Numbered from the stretch's first letter, positions 12,432 through 26,363 are shown. The stretch is 64,000 nt of DNA from Paraspadella gotoi (GCA_051294375.1 CM119265.1:2973256-3037255); one strand, 5' to 3'. Numbers and translations: made by a program. Notes: generated from the letters alone by a model not told the origin.

Positions 12432-15400
12432 TCAATCAGCCCTTGACTCACCAACGTGGTAAGCCCAATGAAGCTCGGTATGAACGGGATTATCCATTTT
12501 CGAGTAGTCTAACCCAATCTGCAGGTTATAGTCCATGCAATGAATGGTATACACGGAACCAGCTGGTATCGAGCTTGAATAGAAATGCAATCCGTTCCAG
12601 TCGTAAAAGCGAAAGATTTCCTTATCAAGTTCGTCAAAGAAGCTGGAATTACAAGCTCCTTCAACGACCGGGGCCAAGTCTGGACTTTGAAGACTGCGTG
12701 CAGCGTGGAGATCTTCGTCGATCAAACCATCGCAGTCGTTGTCTTCGCCGTCGCCATTTTTCCATAAATGTGGGGCGATGAGATAATCCACTGCGGGGAA
12801 TTAGAGAGTTCTTTAATTAATAAATATTATGCTAAAAAGGCGTTAAAATAGTAGGGAATAATCTGATTATTTCATCTCATTTTTTACTATTACTCCTTCC
12901 TTTATTCATTTTTTTACCATCTTTTATTTTACTTTATATTTATTTTTTTTACATTATGTTTTGTTAAATTTTAAATATTTTTCTTTATTCGCTATTATTC
13001 TTTTATCTCTAGCTTTTTACACCTTTTTGCTTTTTTTTCTCCTTCTTTTTATCTATTGTTTCTATTTTTCTGTTTCTCTTTCTTTTTTTTCTGTATTTTT
13101 TTCCTCCCTCTTTTCCTTTCTTTTCCTCCCTCTTTTCCTTTCTTTCCCTCCATCTTTTCCTTTCTTTTCTTCCCTCTTTTCCTTTCTTTTCCTCCCTCTT
13201 TTCCTTTCTTGTTCCTTCCCTCATTTCTTTTCTTTTCATCCCTCTTTTCCTTTCTTTTCCTCTTCCTTTCTTTCTTTTCCTTTCTTTTTCCTCCTCTTTT
13301 CCTTTCTTTTCCTCCTCTTTTCCTTTCTTTTCCTTTCTTTCCTCCTCTTTTTCTTTCTTTTCCTCCTCTTTTCCTTTTTTCCTCCCTATTTTCCTTTTCG
13401 TTCCTCCCTATTTTCTTTCTTTTCCTCCCTCTTTTCCTTTCTTTTCCTTTCTTTTCCTTTCTTTTCCTCCGTCTTTTTCTTTCTTTTCCTCCCTCTTTTC
13501 CTTTCTTTTCCTTTCTTTTCCTCCCCTATTTTCCTTTCTTTTCCTCCCTCTTTTCTTTCTTTTCCCCTATTTTCCTTTCTTTTCCTCCATCTTTTCCTTC
13601 TTTTTCCTCCCTCTTTCCTTTCTTCTCCCTTTTCCTCCCTCTTTTCCCTTCTCATTTCCTCCATTACCTCCACTTTTGTCCGCCGGAGTCTCGCATCCCG
13701 GCCGATATTCCGGCAATCTCCCGGCGGCGGAAAATTGCGCGAGGACGGTAGAGTGCGGCAGGCGACGTGAACGCCCTCGACGACGCTGAAGCAGCCGGAG
13801 ACTTGAAGGATGTTGACGCCAAAAGACGCAGACGGGGGAAGCGTGCTCCAGGTGGACGAGCCGATCGCCTGGGATGGAAGAAGAGAGGAAAGGAGAAAAA
13901 AGAGAAGTAGAGAGGAAAGTCGGAAGGAAAGTGAATAAAGAAAGATAATAAAAAAGTGATTAGGAAAAAAGAAGAGAGGGAAAAAAGAAAGAAGAGAGGA
14001 GAAGGAAAATGAGAGAAAGAAAGAAAAAAAAATAAATCGATTGTAAGAATGAAATCTACCACAAGCAGGTTTGATTTTGTGTTCCTATACTATTTGAATA
14101 AAATACTAGTAAAATATTTCATTTTTTTAAGAAAATTACCTTTCCGCACTTCGTATTTGAAGTTGACGTAATCTAAATGAGTCATCGAGGTCCAGTTTTG
14201 CGAGATTTCTCATGGTTGATGTAAAGTCCTTCCTACATATTTTTATATTCAACATTAAAATAGAAATAATCCGGCAGTATTTATCAGTCTCACATTAAAT
14301 ACCTATACAATCCTCTTTGATCACGATAGAGAGGACATAAAAATTGTCACTGTCCAACAAAACGTCATATTTGTAGGAAAATGAGGCTGTGGGTGGAAAC
14401 TGAACCCAATGAGTTAGAGATTTTGACCATATTTCGCCATAACGTGACACGGACTGGAGCACTTGATCTTTACAAAGCGCTGTCGCCTGGCGACGGTTCG
14501 GAAAGAGATAGCACTTTGGATCTCTCTGGATTCGACGCATAACAAATTTATCGTCCAGATGCAGACCTAAATAAACAAAAGAGTTTCAATTGTTCTGTTT
14601 ATTTGCTTTGCAACACATTCATTAAACAAAAATATTATCTATTGTCTATCAGAAATGTTAAATTAAACTACAAAATAAATATCATAACGCACATCGCGTT
14701 AATGTATTAGATTAAATATCTTAGTTAAAATCTACTTAAAGTTCCTTTTATTGGTTTTTTTTGTTAATGACAAGTCGCAAGAGATGGAAAAGTTTAGCTT
14801 TCGTTTTCAAAACGTGTCCAGGACAAATCAATTTTCTCCGCGAATCATAGTATTGAAAAATCTTTTTATTAAATCAATATAAAAAAATAAAAATATTATA
14901 CCATAAAGAATAGTTGCAAGGTTGATCGCGACAAATGACAAATAATTTCTACTCCACCATGAATCAATTCCACGATATGATCCTGGTGCCATAAATTTTT
15001 GCGGAAGAACTTGAAACGTAACCAGCAAGAGATTGCATGATAATTTCACCAAATAAGATTGAAATTTTGTAGACATTTGAATCCAAATCTGATTTAAAAA
15101 AAAAAGGTCATTGTTGTTATCATAAAAATAAAGGGAAACTGTCTCAGACACGGAAGTTACTTATTTTTCACATTTTCTTACCAGTAACATTTAAGGCGGC
15201 GTATTCAGAAGTACTGGTTGCGTTTGAATAACTCTCTCATTTCTTTTACAGATGTATTTGTTACTGGAATGAGACCATAACGCAAATTGTTAGCTGATAA
15301 AGCCCATGTGTTTCTTGGAATTGATATTTGTAGCCCTGTCATTTGTAACAGTTGTATTAATGATTTTTATGTTAATATAAGTTTTTACTACTTCTTAAAC

Positions 15401-16989
15401 CTGAACATCCATGGGAAGCAGATAAAGAAAGCCGTACTCCCCGGATTTGCTCTTGTAGTAAGCTAAGACCAAGATCTCTACAGGGGAGCTCAGTATAATG
15501 ATCAGGGTCCGTCCTCTGGTGAACTGCATTCGTTCATCCAAGTCGAAGTTGGATACCTCATCTATCATTGGCTGGAAAAGAAAATATTGTCACTTAGCTT
15601 TTACCACTGATGATGACTTAAAAAATAGGTCGAAATATTGGCAAAAAAATAACGTTTTTGTACTCGCGCACTGCCTCTCAATAGTGAAATTAGAATTAAT
15701 ACTTAAACTACTCACAGTGCATGTGATTACTTTAAAGAATTGTATCTATTTTTTAAAATAATAGATATCAATCAATTCTCGTTATGTAATAAATTTTGTA
15801 CATTACGCAGTACGCACCAACAGAATTTTTTGAAAATAATTCTCTATTCTGTTAAGGTGTATGAAATTTAATTGCAAAAATACTGGATTATTTTTTTTAT
15901 CGAGCCAGACGGAACCCTGGCCGCTATACTTAAAATTACTTCTTTGTGACGTAGTCGTCGTCGTCGTTGTCTCGTCGTGTCGTCGTCTGTCGTGCGTCAC
16001 GCTTTTTTATATAATAAACTACTACGCTTTTTATAGTTTCGGCTGGGATTTAGTTTTTTTAAATAAAAATAACTATGAATTACGATGAAATTTTTATAAA
16101 AGTGTGCGATCATAGTAAGTTATTTTAAAATAATGGTAATAGGATAGAACGAAATTAACTCATTGAAGTCTTATTGAAGCTGGTGTGGTGCCTGTCATTC
16201 GACTCTCATCCCAAAATTCTTGGGTTCTACATTTTGAACCAAAGCTCCGGAGACTGCTTATTAATTCATTTATTATTTATCATTAATTGACACCAATGTA
16301 TCTGTCTCTGTAGTAATAATCAATTGTATCAATTTATAACCATTACTTAACCACATCAACTTACACGTCACAGAGAAAATCTGCAACAATCCATCCATCT
16401 CTGTTGACCAAATGAAACGTTACAGTGACCAATTGGTTCGCATGCAACATGAACGTCCACAATTGATCGCAGAAACGCGGCACAAAATGTTCCGCCCCAA
16501 TAATTCCGACCGTTCCATGGCGTTGATCAACCGGTCCCGAGCAACGTGACTCGTCCAAAGTCGTTTTTTCTGCTGCCAGACCATTGAAGTAGAGTTTCAA
16601 TCGGATCTCTCTCCTCCCAATCATGAATCGATTCTTCGCAGGCGACTCAAGAAGTTTCGCTCGACGGCTCTCATCAAAACCCTGGCGCCAATCCGAGCCA
16701 AAAGGATGGTCCATTCTGCGCGGATCGAGGATCGAACCAGCGTCGCATGCAACTGGCGACGCAGGTCAGACCAACGGGCAAAAAACCGGGAAAGGGAATT
16801 ATTCTGGTAATCCATCGAATTTTGAGAGGATGTAAGGAACAATAAGAGGAGAGGGGCATGAGGTTCTTGCGGCGCCAAAGGAAGGATTCAAAGAGGGGAG
16901 ACCTTCGTCGATGAGGCCGTCGCAGTCGTCGTCGACGCCGTTTGCCGGGAAGGTAGCGGAATGATGAGGATCTTCAATGGTACATCTCT

Positions 16990-17034
<45 letters not shown>

Positions 17035-20000
17035 AAGAGATTTTGTCTCTTTGTGCTGCATATATAATTTTTAGAAATTTATTATTATACAAAAACAGTA
17101 TTGAAAATCAGAAAACATAAGAGTGTACAAAGAAAGAAAACGTATAGAAGNNNNNNNNNNNNNNNNNNNNNNNNNATTGCAAAAATAAATATTCATACGC
17201 ACATCGCGTTAATGTATTAGATTAAATATCTTAGTTAAAATCTACTTAAGTTCCTTTATTTGGTTTTATTTTGTTAATGACAAGTCGCAAGAGATGGAAA
17301 AGTTTAGCTTTCGTTTTCAAAACGTGTCCAGGACAAATCAATTTTCTCCGCGAATCATAGTATTGAAAAAATCTTTTTTATTAAATCAATAAAAAAAATA
17401 AAAATATTATACCATAAAGAATAGTTGCAAGGTTGATCGCGACAAATGACAAATATTTCTAGCTCCACCATGAATCAATTCCACGATATGATCCTGGTGC
17501 CATAAATTTTGCGGAAAAACTTGAAACGTAACCAGCAAGAGATTGCAATGATAATTTCACCAAATAAGATTGAAATTTTGTAGACATTTGAATCCAAATC
17601 TGATTTTAAAAAAAAAAGGTCATTGTTGTTATCATAAAAATAAAGGGAAACTGTCTCAGACACGGAAGTTACTTTATTTTTCACTTTTCTTACCAGTAAC
17701 ATTTAAGGCGGCGTATTCAGAAGTACTGGTTGCGTTTGATAACTACTCATTTCTTTTACAGATGTATTTGTTACTGGAATGAGACCATAACGCAAATTGT
17801 TAGCGAAGCCCATGTGTTTCTTGGAATTGATATTTGTACCCTGTCATTTGTAACAGTTGTATTAATGATTTTTATGTTAATATAAGTTTTTACTAGTTCT
17901 TAAACCTGAACATCCATGGGAAGCAGATAAAGAAAGCCGTACTCCCCGGATTTGCTCTTGTAGTAAGCTAAGACCAAGATCTCTACAGGGGAGCTCAGTA
18001 TAATGATCAAGGGTCCGTCCTCTGGTGAACTGCATTCGTTCATCCAAGTGAAGTTGGATACCTCATCTATCATTGGCTGGAAAAGGAAAATATTGTCACT
18101 TAGCCTTTACCACTGATGATGACTTAAAAATAGGTCGAAATATTTGGCAAAAAAATAACGTTTTTGTACTCGCACTGCCTCTCAATAGTGAAATTAGAAT
18201 TAATACTTAAACTACTCACAGTGCATGTGATTACTTTTAAAGAATTGTATCTATTTTTTTTTAAATAATAGATATCAATCAATCTCGTTATGTAATAAAT
18301 NNNNNNNNNNCATTTCCTCCATTACCTCCACTTTTGTCCGCCGGAGTCTCGCATCCCCGCCGATATTCCGGCAATCTCCCGGCGGCGGAAAATTGCGCGA
18401 GGACGGTAGAGTTACGGCAGGCGACGTGAACGCCCTCGACGACGCTGAAGCAGCCGGAGACTTGAAGGATGTTGACGCCAAAGACGCAGACGGGGGAAGC
18501 GTGCTCCAGGTGGACGAGCCGATCGCCTGGGATGGAAGAAGAGAAGGAAAGGAGAAAAAGAGAAGTCGAGAGGAAAGTCGGAAGGAAAGTGAATAAAGAA
18601 AGATAATAAAAAAGTGATTAGGAAAAAAGAAGAGGAGGGAAAAAAGAGAAGAAGAGAGGAGAAGGAAAATGAGAGAAAGAAAGAAAAAGAAAATAAATCG
18701 ATTGTAAGAATGAAATCTACCACAAGCAGGTTTGATTTTGTGTTCCTATACTATTTGAATAAAATACTAGTAAAATATTTCACTTTTTTCAAGAAAATTA
18801 CCTTTCCGCACTTCGTATTTGAAGTTGACGTAATCTAAATGAGTCATCGAGGTCCAGTTTTGCGAGATTTTCTCATGGTTGATGTAAAGTCCTTCCTACA
18901 TATTTTTATATTCAACATTAAAATAGAAAATATCCGCAGTATTTATCAGTCTCACATTCAAATACCTTACAATCCTCTTTGATCACGATAGAGAGGACAT
19001 AAAAATTGTCACTGTCCAACAAAACGTCATATTTGTAGGAAAATGAGGCTGTGGGTGGAAACTGAACCCAATGAGTTAGAGATTTTGACCAATATTTCGC
19101 CATAACGTGACACGGACTGGAGCACTTGATCTTTACAAAGCGGCTGTCGCCTGGCGACGGTTCGGAAAGAGATAGCACTTAGCGATTCTCTCGGATTCGA
19201 CGCATCAACAAAATTTATCGTTCCAGATGCAGACCAATATAAACAAAAGAGTTATATTTCATTCTACTTTACAATTATGTTCCATTTTTGTTTATTGTTT
19301 TGCGACCCATCTTAAACAAAAATGTATCTATTGTCTATGCAGAAATGTTAAAGTAATCCGGTTATTGCAAAATAAATATCATACGCACATCGCGTTAATG
19401 TATTAGATTAAATATCTTAGTTAAAATCTACTTAATTGTTCCTTATTGGTTTTATTTTGTTAATGACAAGTCGCAAGAGATGAAAAGTTTAGCTTTCGTT
19501 TTCAAAACGTGTCCAGGACAAATCAATTTTCTCCGCGAATCATAGTATTGAAAAAATTCTTTTATTAAAATCAATATAAAAAAAATAAAATATTATACCA
19601 TAAAGAATAGTTGCAAGGTTGATCGCGACAAATGACAAAATATTTCTAGTCCACCAGAATCAATTCCACGATATGATCCTGGTGCCATAAATTTTGCGGA
19701 AAAACTTGAAACGTAACCAGCAAGAGATTTGCAAGATGATTTCACAAATAAGATTGAAATTTTGTAGACATTTGAATCCAAATCTGATTTTAAAAAAAAA
19801 GGTCATTGTTGTTATCATAAAAATAAGGGAAACTGTCTCAGACACGGAAGTTACTTTATTTTTCACTTTTCTTACCAGTAACATTTAAGGCGGCGTATTC
19901 AGAAGTACTGGTTGCGTTTGATAACTCACTCATTTCTTTTACAGATGTATTTGTTACTGGAATGAGACCGTAACGCAAATTGTTAGCGAAGCCCATGTGT

Positions 20001-21668
20001 TTCTTGGAATTGTATTTTGACGCCTGTCATTTTGTAACAGTTGTAATTAAATGATTTTTATGTAATATAAGTTTTTACTATTTCTTAACCTGTAACATCC
20101 CATGGAGCAATGAGAGAAGAGCCGTACTCCCCGGATTTGTCTTGCGTAGTAAGCTAAGACCAATCTCTACACAGGGAGTCCAGTATAATGATCAAGGGTC
20201 CGTCCTCTGGTGAACTGCATTCGTTCATCCAACGTGAAGTTGGATACCTCATCTATCATTGGCTGGAAAAGGAAATATTGTCACTTAGCCTTTACCACTG
20301 ATGATGACTTAAAAATAGGTCGAAATATTTGGCAAAAAAATAACGTTTTGTACTCGCCACTGCCTGCTCAATAGTGAAATTAGAATTAATACTTAATACT
20401 ACTTCACCAGTGCATGTGATTACTTTTAAAGAATTGTATCTATTTTTTTAAATAATAGATATCAATCAATCTCGTTTAGTAATAAATTTTGTACATTACG
20501 CAGTACGCACCAACAGAATTTTTTGAAAATAATTCTCTTATTCTGTTTAAGGTGTATGAAATTTAATTGCAAAAATACTGGAATTATTTTTTTTATCGAG
20601 CCAGGACCCGGCGAAGCTGGTCCTGGCCCTATAACCATTCAAAATTACTTCTTTGTGACGTAGTCGTCGTCGTCGTTGTCGTCGGCGTCACGCTTTTTTA
20701 TATAAAAACTACTACGCTTTTATAGTTTCGGCTGGGATTTAGTTTTTTTTAAATAAAAATAACTATGAATTACGATGAATTTTTATAAAAGTGTGCGATC
20801 ATAGTAAGTTATTTTAAATAATGGTAATAGGATAGAACGAAATTACTCATTGAAGTCTTTATTGAAGCTGGTGTGGTGGCCTGTCATTCGACTCTCATCC
20901 CAAAATTCTTGGGTTCTACATTTTGAACCAAAGCTCCGGAGACTGCTTATTAATTCATTTATTATTTATCATTAATTGACACCAATTATTCTGTCTCTGT
21001 AGTAATAATCAATTTGTATCATTTATAACCATTACTTAACCACAATCAACTTACAGTCACAGAGAAATCTGCAACAATCCATCCATCTCTGTTGACCAAT
21101 GAAACGTTCACAGTGACCAATTGGTTCGCATGCAACATGACGTCCACAATCTGATCGCAGAAAATCGCGGCAACAAATGTCCGCCCCCAATAATCCGACC
21201 GTTCCATGGCGTTGATCAACGGTCCCGAGCAACGTGACTCGTCCAAAGTCGTTTCTGCTGCCAGACCATTGAAGTAGAGTTCAATCGGATCTCTCTCCTC
21301 CCAATCATGAATCGATTCTTCAGACAGGCGGACCAAGAAGTTTCGCTCGACGCCTTCATCAAAAACCCTGGCGCAACCGAGCTCAAAGGATCGGTCCATT
21401 TCTGCGGGATCGAGGATCGAACCAGCGTCGATGCAACTGGCGACGCAGGTCAGACCAACGGGCAAAAAACCGGGAAGGGAATTATTCTGGTAATCGCATC
21501 GAATTTTGAGAGGATTGAAGGAACAATAAGAGGAGAGGGGCATGAGGTCTTGCGGCGCGAAGGAAGGATTCAAAGAGGGGAGATCTTCGTCGATGAGGCC
21601 GTCGCAGTCGTCGTCGACGCCGTTGCCGGGAAGGTAGCGGGAATGATGAGGATCTTCATGGTACATCT
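12432..21668 (-). CDS. Gene B middle exons: DxDCDGLIDE (Cu-binding_MopE-like) motifs and a second IgGFc-binding-like module, present in duplicated and frameshifted copies
   Basis: DNDCDGLIDED (~12710-12745) and DDDCDGLIDE (~16905-16940, ~21580-21620). Exons at ~13668-13868, 14303-14567, 14830-15337, 15400-15572 and 16375-16988 recur at 18326-21668. CSSPCHV..FPPTASFSYKYDVLLD..FYVLSIVI parallels the 24130-24383 exon. Boundaries are approximate. Confidence 0.6.
13080..13652. repeat. Polypyrimidine low-complexity tract (ttttcctccctc-like units)
   Basis: Almost pure C/T for ~570 bp. Confidence 0.9.
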
Positions 21669-21670
21669 CT

Positions 21671-21710
<40 letters not shown>

Positions 21711-21830
21711 TTTAAAGACGATTTTGTCTCTTTTGCGGCATATATATTTTTTAAAATTATTATTAATACCAAAAACAGTATTGACAAAATCAGAAACAGT
21801 AAGAGTGTAAAAGACAAGAAAACGGTAAAG
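13653..21830. repeat. Near-identical direct duplication/triplication separated by N-gaps
   Basis: 13653-17149 matches 18311-21830, and 14667-15794 matches 17176-18300. Differences are mostly 1-bp indels. Confidence 0.9.
15601..15645 (+). ncRNA. Degenerate minimal hammerhead-like motif (copies at ~18107-18150 and ~20292-20335)
   Basis: ttacca CTGATGA t GACTT aaaaat AGGTC GAAA tat(t) tggcaa: core and stem II present, stem III truncated. Confidence 0.35.
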
Positions 21831-22069
21831 AAGTAAAAACTAAACTATTAAAATTCAACAAAAACAAAAGCCACTAAGTTTTAAAATGGAACCATTAATA
21901 AAATGTTATGAACAAGTAACGTTCAAGAACTTTCAAAGATCAGATGTCAAAATCATAAAAACCAGAAACAGTAAAAAACAAAAAACGTCAAGTTGATAAA
22001 ATGTTCAAAAATAATGCGTAAAAACAAAAACAAAAAATATGAAGGAAAAAAATTAAAAAATATGAGAAC

Positions 22070-22207
22070 AAAAACATTACTTTAATGTTGTAACCTTAAA
22101 ATAAAAACATTACCTTAATGTTGTAACCTTAAAATAAAAACATTACTTTAATGTTTTAACTTTAAATTAAAAACATTACTTTAATGTTGTAACCTTAAAA
22201 TAAAAAC
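22070..22207. repeat. ~33-bp minisatellite x4
   Basis: aaaaacattactttaatgttgtaaccttaaaat is repeated. Confidence 0.85.
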
Positions 22208-22587
22208 AAACTGATACAGTTTTAGCCGAACAAATGCAAATGACAAAGGTTACAATTAAGCAAATCTGTTATTGGTCTTCATAATTGTGTTTTTTTGTTT
22301 TTTTGTTTTTTTGTTTTTTTTTTATGGCTTCGGCTAAAACTTGAAACATTTTGATGTTTTATCACTGAAAATAAGCAAAAACTGGAGAAGCATTTTTAGA
22401 AAACTTTCGTTCATTCAAATTATTTCTTCACATTATATGAGAATTTTTCTAAATAAAATTTTTTACCCCACACGTTTTACTGGAATCTTTTTTTATATAT
22501 TGTTTTGAATGTGTTTTTAAAAATCCTTTATGATTCTACTTTTTTCTTTTCTTCCTGCGCTCTATTTACTTATCTTTTTAAACTTAC

Positions 22588-25500
22588 CTTCGATCACGGG
22601 TTCGCAATTGAAGATGTTTTTCGGAATTCTTCCGGCGCCATAGAATCGGTCGAGGATGGTCGAGTTTATGCAGGCAAAGCGGCGCCCAGTGACGCCGTCG
22701 TCGCAGCCCTCGTTCTGGAAGACGTTTACGCCAAAAACGGCGCGCGGGTTGGCGTGGCGAAGATGTAAGACGGAGGTGCCTGGCGTTAAGAGCGAAAGAA
22801 TTATATGTACCTTTTTCTTCGAAGTAAGATATTATTTCATTCATTTTATGGTGGGATGTATGTATGTATGTAAGCGTTTTATCAGCCTAAAAAGTTTGTT
22901 TAAAATTTATATGATCTTATGGCAACAGCCGGGTTGCCTGTGATGCCCATTGGATGGGGCATCTCACTGTTGGCTTTGGGGGCTTCCGACCCTCAGTGAC
23001 GCCTCAGTCACTGGCGCGGTTACCCTAGGACGGTCTCCGCTTTGCCAACGCTAGAGGGAAGTCGTTTAGGACTGTGGATGGAAACGCTACGCCTGGGATG
23101 GTGTCGTCCCCCTCTGAGCCAATGGATTTGGCTGACGGATGGTGAACGTGAGGCGGTGTGAATATACCGCCAACAGGATCCCCGGGCCAAGACATCACTC
23201 AGGTTCCTCAGCCTGAGAGGTGCACTTTTTACCAATAGTGGGAGAAGAGAGAGAGAGAGGCGCGAGTTTGTGGGGGCATAGCGTTTTGTCCGTAGCGTAC
23301 CCAGGGCATAGGCGTTTGTCGTAGCGTACCCGAGAAGTTGGCAGGGCATAGGCGTTTTCGTTCGAGCCGGAACTCGGTGCGTACCCTAGAAGGTTCGGTG
23401 TTTGATAGTAGGGCTCACGCAACTTATGGCAACAGCCGGGTTGCCTGTGATGCCATTGGATGGGGCATCTCACTGTTGGCTTTGGGGCTTCGACCCTCAG
23501 TGACGCCTCCAGTCACTGGCGCGGTTACCCTAGGACGGTCTCGCTTTGCCAACGCAGAGGGAAGTCGTTAGGACTGTGGATGGAACACTACGCCTGGATG
23601 GTGTGTTCCCCTCTGAGCCAATGGATTTGGCTGATGGATGGTGAACGTGAGGCGGTGTGAATATACCGCCACAATATTTTGTTTTTTTCTAATTTCAGAA
23701 TTTATGATTATATACATTTATTCAGTACGTTTGTTCGATAAACAAATTGTTGTTTCTTTCATAATTAATTACTAATTATTTGGCTTAACAGAAAAACTTT
23801 TTTACCAATATCGATTTCATGTTTGATGTTGACATAGTCGGTATTGTTTATAATCAATTCCATTGAATCTTCGATAAGGTGGCCATTTGCGTAAATTCCT
23901 CTCTGGAAATTTGTTAATTAACAGTAGGGAGTCCTAATCAGCAATCACTCTCTCTCTCTCTCTCTCTCTCTCTTGCTCTCTCTCTTAAAATAATATTTTT
24001 ATAACACAGATATTGTAGAATTTTATCAGGTTTATTTAAAATTAAAGTTAGACTTTCATATTATTCGGTAATGTTAAATTTGTTCTTAATTTTTGAACTA
24101 GAACCTGAATTATTCCCCAAATCGCTCACCTTGTCCTTAGCTAAAACGACGATAGAGACGACGTAAAATTCTCCCGGGTCCAAAACGATGTCGTACTCGT
24201 TCGCAAAAGCATCGATTGGAGAATGGAAGGAAAACCAATAAGAAAAATCACTGTCCCGGGTGAGAACTAGGCAAGGACTAGAACAATCGACCCACAACCA
24301 CTGATGTTGAATAGAAGATAAATGGGCCACATGCAAGCTTTCCGACGCGCCCACCATGAACGTTTCTCCGGTGGTCAAGGATCTGAATTTGGCGAGATAT
24401 ACATAATATGTATATATATATACTATTACAATACAACGTAGTATGCATCTCTGAAAGTACACAGAGGAATTCAATCTTTCCATCAGAGACATTCTGTCAG
24501 AGACAAAGCGTGAGAAAAGTGTTAAATTTAATCGGGTATTCACCTCACGGTGACGTTGCAATCCAAATCTGGGCAGGATACAACCACGTTCACCGAGTGC
24601 CAGAGAAACTTATCTTTTTCCACATCCAAACTGACAGCGATTTCGACCAGATGGAATTGATGCCATCTGTCGACGGGGAGAACTTGAAGTTGACGAGTCA
24701 TGGAATCGAATTGGACAACGATCGACGAAGAAGAAGCTTTGATCATCACAATCGGCAAATTCGGTGGAATTTCTGGAATGAGACGGAACGAGGCCCCCAA
24801 AAAATGAGATTTAGTTTTAGGTTCCCCCCTGGGACAATAGAATGTTTCGTTATAGTCGTGGTACAAAGGCTTAAGTTTACCAAGGTACCGGGTTAAATTA
24901 CTTTTACCCATTCTAGGACCAGGACTCATTCCTTTGCTGGGGAATTTACCGAGTCGTTACTGCGTGATAAAAGTTTCCCCATTTCGGATTAAAATAAGAA
25001 TTTAGTATGTTTTCATGTTTAAGCATTAGGGTTTAAATTAGGGATTTGGTTGGAAATTTTGTTAAGGATTAGGGCTAGGGATTTGGGGATAATGTTAGCG
25101 ATTTGGGTTAGGGATTAAGAATTAGGGTTAGGGACAAGGTTAAGGTTAGGTATTAGTATTAAGGATTAGACTCTGATATTGGTTTAAGTATTTAGTAAAA
25201 TATTAAAATTAAAATTAATGGAATCAGAATCAGAAATAGGGTGCTTTCAGAGCCCAAGAAAGAAGCAACTTAAGAGAACACAGATTCAGGGAGATTGTCT
25301 TTGCATTTCTCCCAAAGTCTCACTTTTCACTTGCTCACTCCCCTTAAACTCACCAACAGGTATTTTTTTTATTTCACCAGCGACGAGGTTTTCCTCCCAC
25401 GAATCTTCCCAATTGGAAACACTCACATTCACAGTCACAGATTCAATGGCGACGATGCGAATATCAGCATTTGTGAAATAACTCGTACCCTGTTTTAAAT

Positions 25501-26327
25501 ACAGTTAAGTTTGTGAAGACGATGATAAATATTGAATTAGAGCATTTATCCAGGAGCTACAAAGTACTAAATTATTATTATTATTATAATATTTAAAAGT
25601 AGCGCTTAGATAAAGGCTTCAAACTAATATTTAGTGATGTCCAAATGAAGCCTTCCATACATTATAATTAGTTTTAAATTTAAGTGTAAAAAAGGTTAAA
25701 AATAATTGTAAATAATTTGAATTTTTAAAAATTCGTCGGGAAAAAGTATCAAAAAAAATTATACAAGTAAAGTATCTAAAATTAAGTATTTTTTTGCGAT
25801 TTTGAAGTCTTAAAATTGTTCAACAACGATTTTATTTGTATAAATTTGAACAATTTTAAAACGTCCTTTATCATCTAAACACAACGAAACGAAAGGAAAT
25901 AACGATGATTTTGAAGTCATAAATTATTTCCTGAATTACCATACAATACTTTTTTTTCAGTTATATTTGAAATTTGCTTGCAATTAATAATTGAATTTTG
26001 AAATATCAAAATAAAAAAAATTACCACCAAGTATATTGCTAAATTCTGTGAAAAAGATTTTAAAAATTAGTTAAAGTCTAAAATCTGTATTAGGATTGCG
26101 GATCAAGACCTGACCTGCACGTCCATAGGGGCGAGGTAGTTCCAGTGAGATCCGCGCTCATAGAAGTTAGCGTGAACCAGAAATGATGAGAACGAACGCA
26201 GCCGAAGAAAGAGATAAGTGGAATTGTGGCAAGGGTGAGTACGATTCCAGCGGATGGTAAGTGACTCGGGATCCGGCTGATGGCAGGGGAAGGAGTGGAA
26301 TGTTCTTTCTTTCTTTCTTTCTTTCTT

Positions 26328-26363
<36 letters not shown>

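Larger units (their letters stand above)
22916..23673 (-). mobile_element. Non-autonomous miniature LTR element (TRIM/retrozyme-like) with a twister ribozyme in each terminal repeat
   Basis: Direct repeats at 22916-23175 and 23423-23673 flank a 247-bp non-coding interior. On the minus strand the ends are TGTGGCGG...GCCATAAG. Flanks are ATAT (23674-23677) and ATGAT (22911-22915, noisy side). GGCCCGGGGATCC precedes the 3' repeat. Confidence 0.75.

Noticed and set aside
12961-13770. 269-aa and 231-aa F/S/L/P-rich ORFs
   Set aside because: Translations of an intronic polypyrimidine tract.
25020-25190. Telomere or chromosome-fusion scar
   Set aside because: The repeats are highly degenerate, intronic and bounded by shared TIR-like motifs.
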